From positions 14,074,001-14,138,000 of the forward strand of contig JAGIQG010000032.1 of assembly GCA_024679065.1 (NCBI GenBank): a DNA stretch of 64,000 nucleotides, given 5' to 3'. The notes beneath the pieces are model-generated. The model did not search any database. It was not told the origin of the DNA and was given only the letters and a program-made list of their open reading frames with translations. Origin of the DNA: Sphyrna mokarran (lineage: Eukaryota). The translations under genes and the position numbers were made by a program. Of this stretch, positions 39,314-51,655 are shown in pieces; within the stretch, counting starts at the first letter, position 1; every line of letters begins with the position of its first letter.

Positions 39314-39779
39314 ACTAATAATCCAGGAGGTCCAAAAAAAAGTAATATTCTGGGGACATGGATTTAAAAGCTGGTTTTGCCAATGATGCCCACATCCCAT
39401 GAAAACCATCCTGCTTTTAGCTGCTATTCCTTGTTGCCGTGATAGAAATCAGCAGAAAGCAGACTTCCTTACGGCTCTTTAGATGAGAAAGGACAGTCCC
39501 TAGGCTGCAATTCCCTCATACATGTGCACACCTGCTCTGATCTGAGGTGTGTTTATCATCTCAGTCTTTGTTGGATATGTCAGAACTAACCTGTTGGTCA
39601 TTGTTACACAGCCAAGCCATCTCCAGATCAGTTACATCTAAATGTTTATTTCAGTTTTGTCAATAGTGATGGTAAGAACGCTTCTTCACATAAAAAGGTA
39701 GTGGAAATCTAAAACCCTTCCCTGAGAAAACTTATTGAGAGGACTTTGATTAAAATGATCAAAATGGAGATGGACATAT

Positions 39780-40130
39780 TTTTATTGGCCAATATATTCT
39801 GTCTTAAAGTCTGAAGGGTTATCTATTTGGGATCTTTAAAATTATGAAAAATTTTATCTCAGTGGACACAGAGATGTTTCTTCTTCTGGAAAAGACCCTA
39901 ACGAGAGGCCATCAATATAGAATAGTCACCAAGAAATGCTGTGGGGAATTCAGAAGAAATTTCTTCATCCAAAGAGTGATAAGAATGTGGAACTTGTGAC
40001 CACAAGGAGTGGTTAAGTATCGTAAATACATTTAAGGACAAATTAGTCACGTATTTGAGGATGAACAAAAATAGATGATGATGCTGGTAGATTTAGGAGG
40101 AGGAAGCATACTCCGGATGAACAGGATGGC
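39780..40130 (+). mobile_element. CR1 LINE 3' fragment, decayed
   Basis: GAATTCAGAAGAAATTTCTTCATCCAAAGAGTGATAAGAATGTGGAAC (FRRNFFIQRVIRMWN). Confidence 0.65.
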
Positions 40131-42814
40131 TTTTTTAGCTACATATCCAATGTGATTTCATGAAATCCCTATTAAGGACTATGCAATAAGGGGGCTTTAA
40201 GATAAGACCATAAAATATAGGAGCAGAATGTTCTTCTCACGTCCTATTCCATTTAACCTATCCGAGCCAACACCAGTGATAGCAAATTGAATGGCAGACT
40301 GTCTGCAGTGACAAAAAGATCTATTGGCATTGCTTCTTAGCTCTGTATTGGTAACCTCTTGTGTGGCAATCAGAATCAAAAGAGAGCAGGATAACACATC
40401 TATTCTGTTTTGCATGTCCTCAGCATCTTTGTATCTAATAAGCCTTGTAACTGCCCAGCAAAGCTTGCAGGAAAAACTGTGTCACTTTTACTGTGGAAAG
40501 CAGACATTACTCAATAAAATCAAAATCATTTTATATGAATGGTCACGTTCCCAAGAATACAGGCTGGAAATAAATGCACTTCCACACATGTGCATATGCC
40601 ATCTCTTCACAGACAAGGTGTAAATGTGGCTTGCCCTCCTCAAACCCGCGCTGAGCAATGGATTGCCCATTTATTCAGCTTTCAGCAGGTGGACCAGCTG
40701 CTGTACTTTTCTACAGACTTCACTCTGCAGGTCCACATTGGCTTTTTATTCCATTTTTGTTTCACTGTTCTTCCTGCTCCTTAGCTTTAGCAAAATCAGA
40801 CAGATATTTAAATTTAAATTTGAATTTGAAGCTTCATAAGAGCTTTTGCAATAACATCTCCCCATATGCAACAACTAATTTTAAGTGTACAGTTCTATTT
40901 AAGTATCAGCTGCTGGACAAATTGCATCTTTGCCCTATTAAGCTGTCAACTCAAGGCCAAAGCTACATTTGGAGTTTATTTAAATAAGCTGAATCCAAAA
41001 GTCTTGGGTGCACTTATCTCAGCATGCAGTGGGCCAGCATATGTCACACAGAAAACATTTCCAGGATGGATTTTGCTGTTCTTGCAAATTTGTGGCAGTT
41101 AGCTACATGGTTCAAAGTGATTGAAAGCCATGAGTAAAATATTCTTTACATTTTATTGACAGAGATCAATACAATGATGGATTGAAGGGAATGACACAAC
41201 AGTTGTTCTAGTTATCTTGAGTAGCTCATTATTTTTATACTCATTATACAGAATTATCTTTAACAAAGTTTTAACCCCCATTAGTTATATAGAAATAACA
41301 TGCAAAAGTGGAAGCAGAAATTATGGATTTTAGTCACATTTTATGAGCCCATCACTGTTGTGACACAGATTGGAAAATATCAGAAGGGAAAGTTCATCTG
41401 ATCATCTCGGCAATTTAATTGTGGCAGATTTAAAGGCTGCCAGGTTTTTTTTTCTTTTCTAAACTATCTCCGCATGACTGCATCTCATATTACTTCAAGT
41501 CAGCCTGCATTGTCACAGGAATCGGGCTTTACACTGCAAATGCGTCTTGAACAGACAGATGTTGATCTACGTGAATGTGATTATAAAATGGTTACCGGGC
41601 AATGAGAAACAGACTGAAGGCTAGACCCATAGAGATACTATGGGCGACACAACGATTGACTTTTGGTCGAAGCTTGTAATCACATTTTACAACTTACAAG
41701 TTCTTATATTTAAGACCTATACCAAATGTTTTTATATTAGCATGTTTATACATATTATGAAGTTAAAGTATTTCTGTAATCAGTACATCAGACATAATGC
41801 ACATAGTGGTTGCATCATATTAACATTACACTTTAATCTTTTAACTGGAATCTAATTCAGGACTTTTATATGTTAATTTTTTTCCAGCCTGAAGGATAGT
41901 TAACATTTGGGAGTGCGTCTGGAAATACATGGAGCATAAGACATTGAACACCATCTGCCTCTTGATCTGTATGTTATCCATGTGAAGCAACAACTGGGAC
42001 TATACAGCTCCAGGGCAGGTCAGAAAAGCTCACAATAATATTGTGATCAGCCAGACGGAGTCAAGCAGTTTTTTTAAAAAAAAAGCTACACTATGAAACC
42101 CTGCAAGCTTTGGCTTCTACCAGCATGAAATCATTTCTCTAAAAGCATTTAACAGCAACAAGAACTAGAAGCAGATTCATTGGTTTATTCCTGTATGATT
42201 TTTATGACCCTGGTCTCATCCCCATTTTTACCCTTTCACTTTAAAGTAGCTCTATCAGTTGTCCTCCGAGGTTAGATGTGTAATTGCCTTTACTGAGCAG
42301 TTACGAGGCTGCACCATGATTAACTTTCTTGAAAAATGCTTAGGGCAAGCAAAACAGAATAGACTTGCAGCAAATCAGAATCAAAAGAAATCAGGATAAT
42401 AGATGAGGTTACCAATATATAGCTCAGATGCAATGCCAAACAATAAAATGATGGCACTCACTGTTGACCTCAAAGATTAAGCGATCTCTATGGTGCATAT
42501 TTCACCTTTCTGACACTAATTTGATTTTGGCACCAGTTCAAGGAGATTGCTGGTGTCCTGTAACAGTGATGGCATAAAGCAGGCTACACCAGCCAATCAC
42601 ATTGATGAATTCTCACAGACAGCAAATTGAAGTAAAAGTGAATATCATTCACTTTTTAATGCTATAGTGAGCAAAACAAATATTCAGAGGATTGACAAAA
42701 GCTGAAATTTCATTAAATTTTAAAATTATACAATCCAAGAACTTTAAAAAACATAATGGAAAAATATGACACGTCATAAATGTAAAATTAGTTTGATTCA
42801 GAGAGGTTGTTCTG

Positions 42815-42955
42815 CAATAGTGTCCAGGGATGCACAGGTTTGAGGGATTAGTGGGTAACAACGTGTAGGGGTATGGGGGTAGGGACTGGGTGGGATTGTG
42901 TTCCGTGCAGACTCGATGGGCCGAAGGGCCTCTTTCTGCACTGTAGGGTTCTATA
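42815..42955 (+). mobile_element. HE1-like SINE 3' portion
   Basis: TAGTGTCCAGGGATG...GGTGGGATTGTG...GACTCGATGGGCCGAAGGGCCTCTTTCTGCACTGTAGGGTTCTA. Confidence 0.8.
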
Positions 42956-42974
42956 ATAAATTGTGAAGTTGACA

Positions 42975-43235
42975 CATCACATTAGTACTCCAGAAACACA
43001 GGTAATACTCTGGGGACCAGGTTTGAATCCCAGAGAAGATTGTGAAATTTGAATTGAATTAAAAATCGAATGTCCTTTAGGGAAGGACATCTGCTGTCCT
43101 TACCTGATCTGGCCTACTTGTAAGTTCAGATCCACAGCAACTGGTTGACTCTTAAATGTACTACAAGGACAAATAGGGAAGAACAATAAATGCTGTCCCA
43201 GCCAGTGACACCTACGGCCCATGAAATAATTTTTT
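42975..43235 (+). mobile_element. tRNA-derived SINE sharing its tail with the 16305-type LINE
   Basis: GGTTTGAATCCC B-box, body CTTTAGGGAAGGACATCTGCTGTCCTTACC, tail AATAAATGCTG...GCCAGTGACACCTAC...CCCATGAA. Homolog at 58590-58945. Confidence 0.65.
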
Positions 43236-43367
43236 TAAAAAGCAGAGAACCACTGAGAAATTTCTGGATTTCGGCATTTAATTGCAGATGTGTACATGCC
43301 AGATGCTGCTGTCAGTTCATAGTTGTAATGACAGTGAACAGTGGCAATTTCACTATTATTACAACCA

Positions 43368-43902
43368 CAAAACTCTGGTGCGGCCACACTTGGAGTATTG
43401 CATACAGTTCTGGTCGCCGCATTATAAGAAAGATGTGGAAGCATTGGAAAGGGTGCAGAGGAGGTTTACCAGGATGTTGCCTGGTATGGTGGGAAGGCCT
43501 TATGAGGAAAGGCTGAGGGACCTGAGGTTATTTTCATTAGAGAGAAGAAGGTTACGCGGTGACCTAATTGAGGCGTATAAGATGATCAAGGGATTGGATA
43601 GGGTGGATAGTGAGAGCCTTTTTCCTCGGATGGTGATGACCAACACGAGGGGACATAACTTTAAATTAAGAGGTGGTAGTTATAGGACGGATGTCAGAGG
43701 CAGGTTCTTTACACAGAGGGTGGAGAGAGCGTGGAATGCCCTGCCTGCAGCAGTTGTGGACTCGCCTACTTTGGGGGCATTCAAATGGTCGGTGGATAGG
43801 CATATGGATGGTATTGGAATAGTTTAGGTTAGAGGGTCCACTGGCCGGCGCAACATCGAGGGCCTAAGGGCCTGCACTGCGCTGTAATGTTCTATGTTCT
43901 AT
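43368..43902 (+). mobile_element. Young CR1 LINE 3' fragment (open frame to the stop codon, short 3' UTR)
   Basis: KTLVRPHLEYCIQFWSPHYKKDVEALERVQRRFTRMLPG...DRHMDGIGIV*, followed by tail TAATGTTCTATGTTCTAT. Confidence 0.92.
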
Positions 43903-46289
43903 AAAATGCAGGGGTTTTTTTAAAATAACTGCCAAGCTTAAATGATTTATGAAGTTACCCTTCACGATTGACCAGAAAATATCCAGAAATTGAAGACTAA
44001 ACTCAGGATACCACTGTGGAAAAATAAGCTTTCTGACTGACAGCCAACAATTATCCAACAGAATGACAGAGCACAATTTAATCTCCAATTGGTATGGGAA
44101 GGCTGTGTATCCTGTGGATGGATGGCTAATAATGGAAGTGTGTAGGGAAGGGCATTCAACTTGAGCTGGCAACCCTATGGTTGGTTAATATCTAAACTCC
44201 AATAAGATGAGATGGCTCATTTTACTACTCCCCTTCCCAAATACTTTCCATTCCAGGACAGTTGGTTTATTTTACATTTTGCAAATATCACCATGGTTGT
44301 AGGTTCTGCAGAAATTTTATCAGGGCAGATAAGGGCCACTTCAAGTTAAGCTGGATTTTTCTGTGGATCCATGAATAAATGCATCAGTGGAGTATTACTT
44401 CAAAGAATAAATGTTTATGTTGAGTTGGCTAATCAAAGATGTTTTGTTTAGTAACCCCAGGATAAGAAAGGGAAAAAAATTGAATAGACAAAATTCTTGC
44501 TCTTGATTGCTATCTGCAAAGAGTCTTACCTAATTTCTTATTCCTGTAGAATTTTGCAATCATGTTAGTGCAGCTCCATGGTTACTGACACATACAAGGG
44601 AGCTCAACTGTCAATGATACTCATTATGGAACTCCATAGTTACTAACACGCATCATGGTGCAGCTCCACAGATTCTATCATTTTACAAGACTCTACAGTT
44701 GCTGGTGTTCACCCTGAATGGAACTCTACACCAAGAACCCTGCAACCACATTCTCCCAAGAAGCTGAGTTTGCATAATCTCAAATCGTAAAAATATGAAC
44801 CGTCCGTCTGTGTGCTATTTTAACAAATACCAGAATAAAAAAAAACATACAAAATCATTAACCTTCTTGAAGGTTAATGCTACCTTCCTAGAGTTTTATG
44901 ATTGAAGAAAAAACAATTAAATTGAAAATCACATTTAATTTGCTGGTTGCGATTTTTAACAAAACGTAAAGCACGATATTGTTTCCTAAACAGTGAACAA
45001 TTAGCAAAGTACAACAAGAGAACAGTTGGAAGGGTAACATAATTTTTAAGACAAAAGAAAACATTTATTGTCTTGATTCAAGCAATACGATCTTCTCCCA
45101 CCTTCCATTCCCTTTGATGCAGAACATTGCTTATTCAGAAATAGCAAGGAAGTCTCAATGGTAAATTAAACTAATTTGTACTGATTGCCATTTTCCCATC
45201 TTTCAAATTAAAATACCACATGCTGTTTCGTATATTTTTCATCTAGATAATTAGTAGATACGTTGCTTTGCCAAAATATGCAGGTTCAGGGCTGCTTCGC
45301 ACTTCTTATGCCCTATAATGTGTTTGCCTTTCAACAACATTAGAGATGGGCATTCCAGCATTTTCCAGAGTGCAAGTTTATTCTTAATAATCTCAGGGTC
45401 AGGAGCACAAACTCAGCTTCAGCTCCCATAATAAGAACTACAAGAGATCAAACTGATCTGAATCAAGCTGGAATTTGAAGCACCTCACAAGAAATATTCT
45501 GAAATAAATGTGAACAAATAATGTTAGCATATCGTTTGTAATATGCTGAGATAAGAGTTGGCACACACATTTGATCTTTAATCAGGCTGGTTTTTAAATG
45601 AAGATTGATCGAATTTGTGTGCTTGCATTTCAGAAAAACTTGGCATTCAGTATTGGCACTTGGACATTAGCTGCAGTGCAATTCTGCTATTAATAATTTC
45701 TTAGTCAGGAGATTAGTCTCAGCTACCGACTCTAAGTGGAGGAAATTACTCGTACACAGATTGGCTCCTGGTCAGGCAAGAATTAGGAGCAAATTATGCA
45801 ATGTTCCAAAATTATTACTTTTAAATGTCTCACTCCATTGATTGGAAGATTCCAAGGTTATAGTTCATGTATCCAGTAATATATGATGCAAGACTATTTT
45901 CAAAAAGTTTGATTTAATTAATATTCTTTCAACAAATTTTTTTTGATTCAGGAAATAAATAATGTTGAGAATATTCAGCTTATTTGCCATCGGTAGCAAA
46001 AAAAGAGATAACTTTCAGGTCAATGCCCCTTTCCAACCTATGATACTTCTATTTCACTTTGGTGATGCAGTTCTTGAAGTATTAATCAATCCAGAAATGT
46101 CCAGGTCCACTTCTGTTGCTGTCTCCTCTTTTCAAACTCCAGATCTTGTTCAACTTATTGATGGGGAAACAGGAAGGCAAGAAAAAAGTATGAAAGTGAG
46201 TCACTTTTTCCCATCACTGATCTGTAACCACTGGTTTGGGATGGTTCTTGCTCTAGTAACTTTCTCATCCACGTCAGGTCTTTCATCGA

Positions 46290-46582
46290 ATCGACAGCAA
46301 AAGGTGGCCACTTGGCCCATCAAGCCAACTGCCAGTCTTACCCAGGTCCTATCGCTGTAACCCTCCTAGTCCCCCTGACACACTAAGGGACAATATAGTA
46401 TGGTGATTCAACCTAACCTGCACATCTTTGGACTGTGGGAGGAAGCCGGAGCACTGGAGGAAACTCACGCAGACACAGGGAGAATGTGCAAACTCCTCCT
46501 AGACAGTCACCTGAGGCTGGAATTGAACCCAGGTCCCTGGCACTGAGGCATCAGCACTAACTACTGCGTCATTGTGCCACCC
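46290..46582 (-). mobile_element. HE1-like V-SINE
   Basis: CCTAACCTGCACATCTTTGGACTGTGGGAGGAAGCCGGAGCAC...GAATTGAACCCAGGTCCCTGG...GTGCCACCC. Confidence 0.85.
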
Positions 46583-46659
46583 CTTCACTGCTCCATTTAG
46601 TTAACAGGTGTAAGGATTATTCACTGGACTAGATTTGATCAACTGCCAGGAGAATAAAC

Positions 46660-46880
46660 ATGTAGAGATGCTGGCATTGGACTGGGGTAAACAAAGTAAG
46701 AAATTTCACAACACCAGGTTAGAGTCCAACCAGTTTATTTGATTGTAATCTTACAAGCTTTTGGAAACGGTGTTCCTTCGTCAGGTGTGTGAAAGGCGAT
46801 AGATGGTGTAGAACCTTCCACATATCTGACAAAGGAACACTGTTTCCGAAAGCTTGTATGATTATTATCAAATAAACTGG
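46660..46880. mobile_element. Penelope-like terminal element with a ~67-bp inverted repeat containing two hammerhead-like cores
   Basis: Arms 46730-46796 and 46814-46880. Homologous to 27068-27237. Confidence 0.7.
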
Positions 46881-48049
46881 AAAGTCAACATACATGAATT
46901 ATTTCTCTGTACCACAAGACCAGAGACACAGCCACGGCAATACAATGCTAAGCCACCATGCTCTTTTTAAGCAAAGCTTCCCACTGAAATTATCCTACTG
47001 AACATATATATATATGCATGCAAGTGCTGCAGGTTTTTAATAAGAAGTGCAGAATAAGACTAAAGGTTTAAAAAAGTGCCATCTGAAACTTGGGTGCAAC
47101 TGGGATCAAGCAGCATTATATAGGGCAAAAGTTATTACACAATGATTGAAATACCATTCCTTAAGGATAACAGCCTCTATCAAAAATTACTTGACACAGA
47201 ACAGTAGGTACAATTACACATCAAATTATTCTTAATAAGATAATTAAAGATCTTTTGAAGATAACATTTCAAGAGCAAACATCAAGCAGGTTATAACTAA
47301 CTATCTCCTGAAACCAAAAACATTATTATTGAAATTTGTTGCTTTCTTCAATAATACGTGGTCTTAACTTCATATGAAGGGCTTGTTAAATCTTGGGTCT
47401 ATATTTCTGCTGGCTATCTTTCAGTAAAGCTACCAAATGTCAAAAGACTCAGTCATTAATAATCACACCTGACAACCACTTATGGCAGGAGTATTTCCAC
47501 GTATTCACTCTAAGAATCTGAAGCTAATTATAGAGAAATTCTTCACCCAATACATATTCTGAACATTAAAATCTGGAAATTTACATATTGCAGAATGAAT
47601 AACTATACTATCATTCACAAGAAAAAGCAACTAATAAAACATGGAATAATCAATTGAATCTCAAAAATTGAACAGTTGATTACTAAACATTATTGGACTA
47701 ACTGTGGGTGGCATGAACTTCAGATGAACTTACTTGGATTTTAGCCAATTATGGATGGAACTCAGGCATCATGTCTTCATGCTGGTGGTTAAAGGCCTGA
47801 AACCAGGTTTAACCAAACTGAAAACCAGGTATACCTCAAACTGAAAGCAAGTCAACACAATGCCTTGAGATTATGTGACACTAAATCAATACATTTTTTT
47901 GTTCAAAGAGAGAGATCAGTTGCCAATATTTGTTTCACAGCAGCTTCTGATTATAAGTCAGTAACGCTTCAGCCTAATTTCACAAGATAAAAAGAAGGAA
48001 TTCTTCACACTCTGAATGGAAAGAAAGTAATTTGAAATAAAAGCATATC

Positions 48050-48185
48050 GGCTGGGATTCTCTGTTGTCATACACCCCGCCATTGCTGTTGGCCAGAGCA
48101 GGGAATTTGGTGCTCAGCCAAATCTCCGTTCACAGCGGCAGGATGGGAGAATCCCAGCCATGGGCGAGGTTAGAGAATTCCAGCC
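48050..48185. mobile_element. Short Harbinger-type MITE
   Basis: TIRs GGCTGGGATTCTCT / AGAGAATTCCAGCC followed by TTA. A related fragment lies at ~52070-52180. Confidence 0.65.
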
Positions 48186-49520
48186 TTAGTGTTAATGATC
48201 CATCATAAAAACTCAAAAACAATTTTGCTGCTATTTTGAGTAAAGCACAAGTACAGGTCATTTCTACCTCTCAGAGATAAGCTCAGAAATTCAATGAAAC
48301 ATGGCATATTTTACAGGTGTGGAATGGGCACCAAAGTATTCTATTAGAAAAGCACCACCTGCCATATTGTTACATAGCATCAAAACAGGCAGCCAGGAAT
48401 CATGCCTAAAATGACATTATTAGGCCATTTATTTGAATATGCAATAACATACAATGCCTCCTTTACTAAATCATTTTGCCCTTAACATAGTTGCTATCTG
48501 TCACCTAAAGTGTCAGTTTATGAAAAAGATAGACCCTTGAGATCCAGATAGATACTGAGAGACATAGGATTACTCCTCCAGATCCATATTAAAATCACAG
48601 GCCGCTGCTAATCTCCAACTGCCATCCATGCCCTTCAACTTTCTCAATTATCTCCCACTCTACTAATTGCCTCCTGCATCATTCTCCTCCTCCCCCAATC
48701 TGAATCAGCCACCTTATTTCACCCACTTCACTTGATGACTCCAACTGCACCTTCCCAATCATTAACAAACCCCACCTCTCTCAGTCAACATCTCCACAAA
48801 CTGCTCTTTCTCCTCCAGCAACCTCTCCCCATTACATGCCCCCTCATCACAACCATCTCCCAACCCCATGACCTAACTGATCTCAATCTAATATAAATGC
48901 AGACTAACATCAGCAGAGTCTTGGGCCTACCCATTCTGATGGAGGGTTCGACCCCTGCACCCAGCCTTTGTTGACCTACATATTTCTAGCCTACTTAATG
49001 CAGATAAATTTGCTGCTGTGTAGCTGACCATCAAGGGTAAAAACAGGAATCGCTATAAATGCGAATTGAGGATTGTCCAAGCCTGCAAAAACATCATGCA
49101 TTTTGACTTTAAATTTCCCAATTACTCCAAACCAAATTTGCCTTGATCTTATATCTGCTCTGTTACATAAGCAATGTACAATTGCTTTTGGTATTAACTT
49201 TGTAAACATTGGTAAGAACTGCTAGAGATAGATTTATCAGGATCCTGGTCAGGAATCTTCAATAAAAAGGTACAAAACAATGCATTCTTTCCTCCTTTTA
49301 TAACTTCTATTTTTGAGTGCTGTATTAAAAGTACAGAATGATATCCAAATAATGTTTTGCTTTCATTCCTCTATGTGATTGTAGATTTTACCATCAACCA
49401 ATTCAATAAACTTTAGCTCCAATTGGAGATAGCACCGGCACTTTCTGGTATCAACACAACAAACTCTGTCAAATCGCATACACTGCAACTATGAAGGGTG
49501 AAGGTAAAGTTAAGACTCAC

Positions 49521-49685
49521 AAGAACTCGGCCAGTCAGAGTTTGGGCAGATATCATGACCCCTGCCCAGTCTTTTACAGAAGTCATCCAGCCCACTTCCC
49601 CTTGTGGTATTTCTTCCTTTTCGTCCAGCTCTTGGAGAACATCATCTGGCTGGTTAGATGAGCCAACACCAATTTTCTGTGCATC
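49521..49685 (-). CDS. KCNMA1: Internal coding exon (equivalent to exon 2; S0-S1 loop and start of S1) of a Slo1/BK calcium-activated potassium channel alpha subunit
   Basis: Minus strand reads ...tttgctttttttcag|GAT GCA CAG AAA ATT...GGC CGA GTT CTT|gtgagt. It is 165 nt, phase 0/0, and translates to [55 protein letters not shown]. The C-terminal [26 protein letters not shown] matches vertebrate KCNMA1, and the exon boundaries match its exon 2. A Slo1-like paralog cannot be excluded. Confidence 0.92.
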
Positions 49686-49734
49686 CTGAAAAAAAGCAAA
49701 CAGGAAAATATAGTTTTAGTTTCCATCAGTAAGA

Positions 49735-49990
49735 CAGTCATGGAGATATACACCATGGAAACAGGCCCTTCAGCCATATTCATCTATGCTAATCAGGTTT
49801 TTTTAAATTGAACTAGCCCCATTTGCCTGCATTTAGTTTTGACCTCTAGTTTTGGACTCTAAGCTGGGGAAAAGACCTTGGCTATTCACATTATTTATAC
49901 TCATGATTTTATAAACCTCATCCTCCTATGCTCCAGGGAAAAATCGTCCTATCCTCTCTTTATAATTCAAACCGCTAACATCCTTGTAAA
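49735..49990 (-). mobile_element. CR1 3' fragment about 50 bp upstream of the exon acceptor
   Basis: CATGGAAACAGGCCCTTCAGCC tail plus AAAAGACCTTGGCTATTCAC...ATGATTTTATAAACCTC. Confidence 0.7.
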
Positions 49991-51017
49991 AGATGACAGG
50001 ATGGAGGATACATTTCCAAAGAATATCACGTTGCTCTTGCTGTAATGCTCGTAATAATGGCAACCAGAAGGGAACATAACTAAAAGTCAAGAGAAATCTG
50101 CATCTCATACACTGCTTTGTTAGCCCTGTCTTCATATATATCAGCGAGCCACAAAACAACAACAAAGGCAGCATTCTGTAATACAGACAAACAGTGCTTA
50201 GAGTGGCAGAATTCATGCTGCTGCCCAATTTCAGGACCTCATCAATAGTGTCGGAAAGCAGAACAGAAATCAGGTTATTTCCTCACAATTAGTGCACGTT
50301 TCGCATCTGTACTCCGTCTTTAAGCCCAGCCACTACCATACATAGGAAACCAAGTCACAGGGAATAATATCTAGTTCGCAGAAGGTGGACAGTTAGGTAA
50401 CAACAATTGTTCAAATTACATGCCAGTGTGCTTTCCTGAGATGGAAGGGAGGGAATGCGTGCAATTCCAGTGGGATCCTACTTGTATGCATGATGATATA
50501 AATGGCTACCTACTGTCAAGTTAAACTGGGTTAGGTGAGGATTATGCCTGAAAAGGGTTGAGAAGAGAGAAACTTTTCTGCATTCTGTTGAGGGGCCAGA
50601 TAATTAGACCTTTTGAAAACAAACAGTCCAACCATGTGATGTCCCTTCCATCCAATCCCACCATGTGCCCAATTTCTGGTCATCATAATTTTCTATCATT
50701 TCCCAATAACTTCCAGACTGTTCCACGTCAGAAATGGGCCAACAAGTTTTAAATGAGCTGTGAGTTAAAATAACCCAGCCCACATTTCTGCAGGAAGGAT
50801 TGAGTTTCCAAACTTGCCTTGCTACTCATACAACCAAGGTTAAAATTGAGGCTATAGTTTCTAAGTCAAAAGAAGTCATGACACCCAGAATCATGACCTA
50901 AAAGCATTCAATTCCTGTGGATGGGATTAACAAACTGTCCAGTTAACAACAGTGAACAACTGCATTAAACACTCAAAATACATCAAAAATTCTGTATGCT
51001 GTGTGCTTACACTTGCA

Positions 51018-51223
51018 CATAGGATACAAAAACTACAGCACAAACAGGCCCTCTGGCCCACAGCAGATGGTGTGGGCGAGTCAAATCGGCTGCCGTCAGT
51101 GATGGTAGAGGCAAGTTCAATAGGATCTTTTAAGAGACTTCTGGATAAGTACATGGGACTTAATAGGATTGAGGGTTGAGGGTTATAGGTAAGGTTAGTA
51201 GGCAGCGATGTGATCGGCATGAA
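51018..51223. mobile_element. CR1 3' end with a 5' inversion
   Basis: Tail on the minus strand (51018-51063) joined to the preceding CR1 segment on the plus strand (51064-51223: NRLPSVMVEASSIGSFKRLLDKYMG). Confidence 0.75.
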
Positions 51224-51291
51224 CAGACTTATTTAGGCACTTATATGGTGTTAGACAGGTGAGGAGATAGGACAAACTGGGGATAGTCTTT

Positions 51292-51655
51292 TGATTTGAC
51301 TGGATTTATTGTCACATGCATTAACATACATTGAAAAGTATTATTACTTGCATGCTATACAGACAAAACACACATTCATAGAAAAGAAAACGAGAGTGCA
51401 GAATGTAGTACTGCAGACACAGCTAGCGTGTAGAGAAAAATCAACTTAATGCAAGATAAGTCCATTCAAGAGTCAAACAATAGCAGATTCTTGAGTCAGT
51501 TGGTATGTGACCTCATACTTTTGTATCTTTTTCCCTAAGGAAGAAGGTGGAAGGAGAGAATGGCCGGAATGCATGGGGTCCTTAACTATGATGGCTGCTT
51601 TGCCAAGGCAGTGGGAAGTATAGATAGAGTCAATGGATGGGAGGCTGGTATTCAT
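51292..51655 (-). mobile_element. Rex1/Babar LINE 3' fragment
   Basis: SLPSIDSIYTSHCLGKAA...HSL. Homologous to 2700-3065, including the tail. Confidence 0.75.

Larger units (their letters stand above)
1..49520 (-). other. Intron downstream of the Slo1 exon (intron 2 equivalent), continuing beyond the window
   Basis: GT donor (gtgagt) at 49520-49515. A manual scan found no sequence encoding the next exon ([20 protein letters not shown]). KCNMA1 5' introns are known to be very large. Confidence 0.65.

Noticed and set aside
40700-40770. Plus-strand peptide TDFTLQVHIGFLFHF resembling KCNMA1 KDFTLQIDMAFNVFF
   Set aside because: Wrong strand for the host gene, only five identical residues, and no matching upstream PIESCQ or splice sites; chance similarity.
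41120-41140. TTGAAAGCCATG (MAFN on the minus strand) as a candidate exon 4
   Set aside because: Flanking codons do not match the S2 segment.
43282-43367. N-terminal extension of the 181-aa ORF as a chimeric gene
   Set aside because: Fortuitous open frame upstream of a truncated CR1; starts at a non-ATG codon with no splice or promoter support.
44560-44735. Degenerate ~30-bp periodic repeats (CTCCATRGTTACT.ACAC) as a CRISPR-like array
   Set aside because: Eukaryotic context, no constant repeat with unique spacers; a decayed minisatellite.
49413-49595. 60-aa [13 protein letters not shown]...AISNWS as a standalone gene
   Set aside because: It is the 3' half of the BK exon read through the GT donor at 49520 into intron; homology stops exactly at the splice site.
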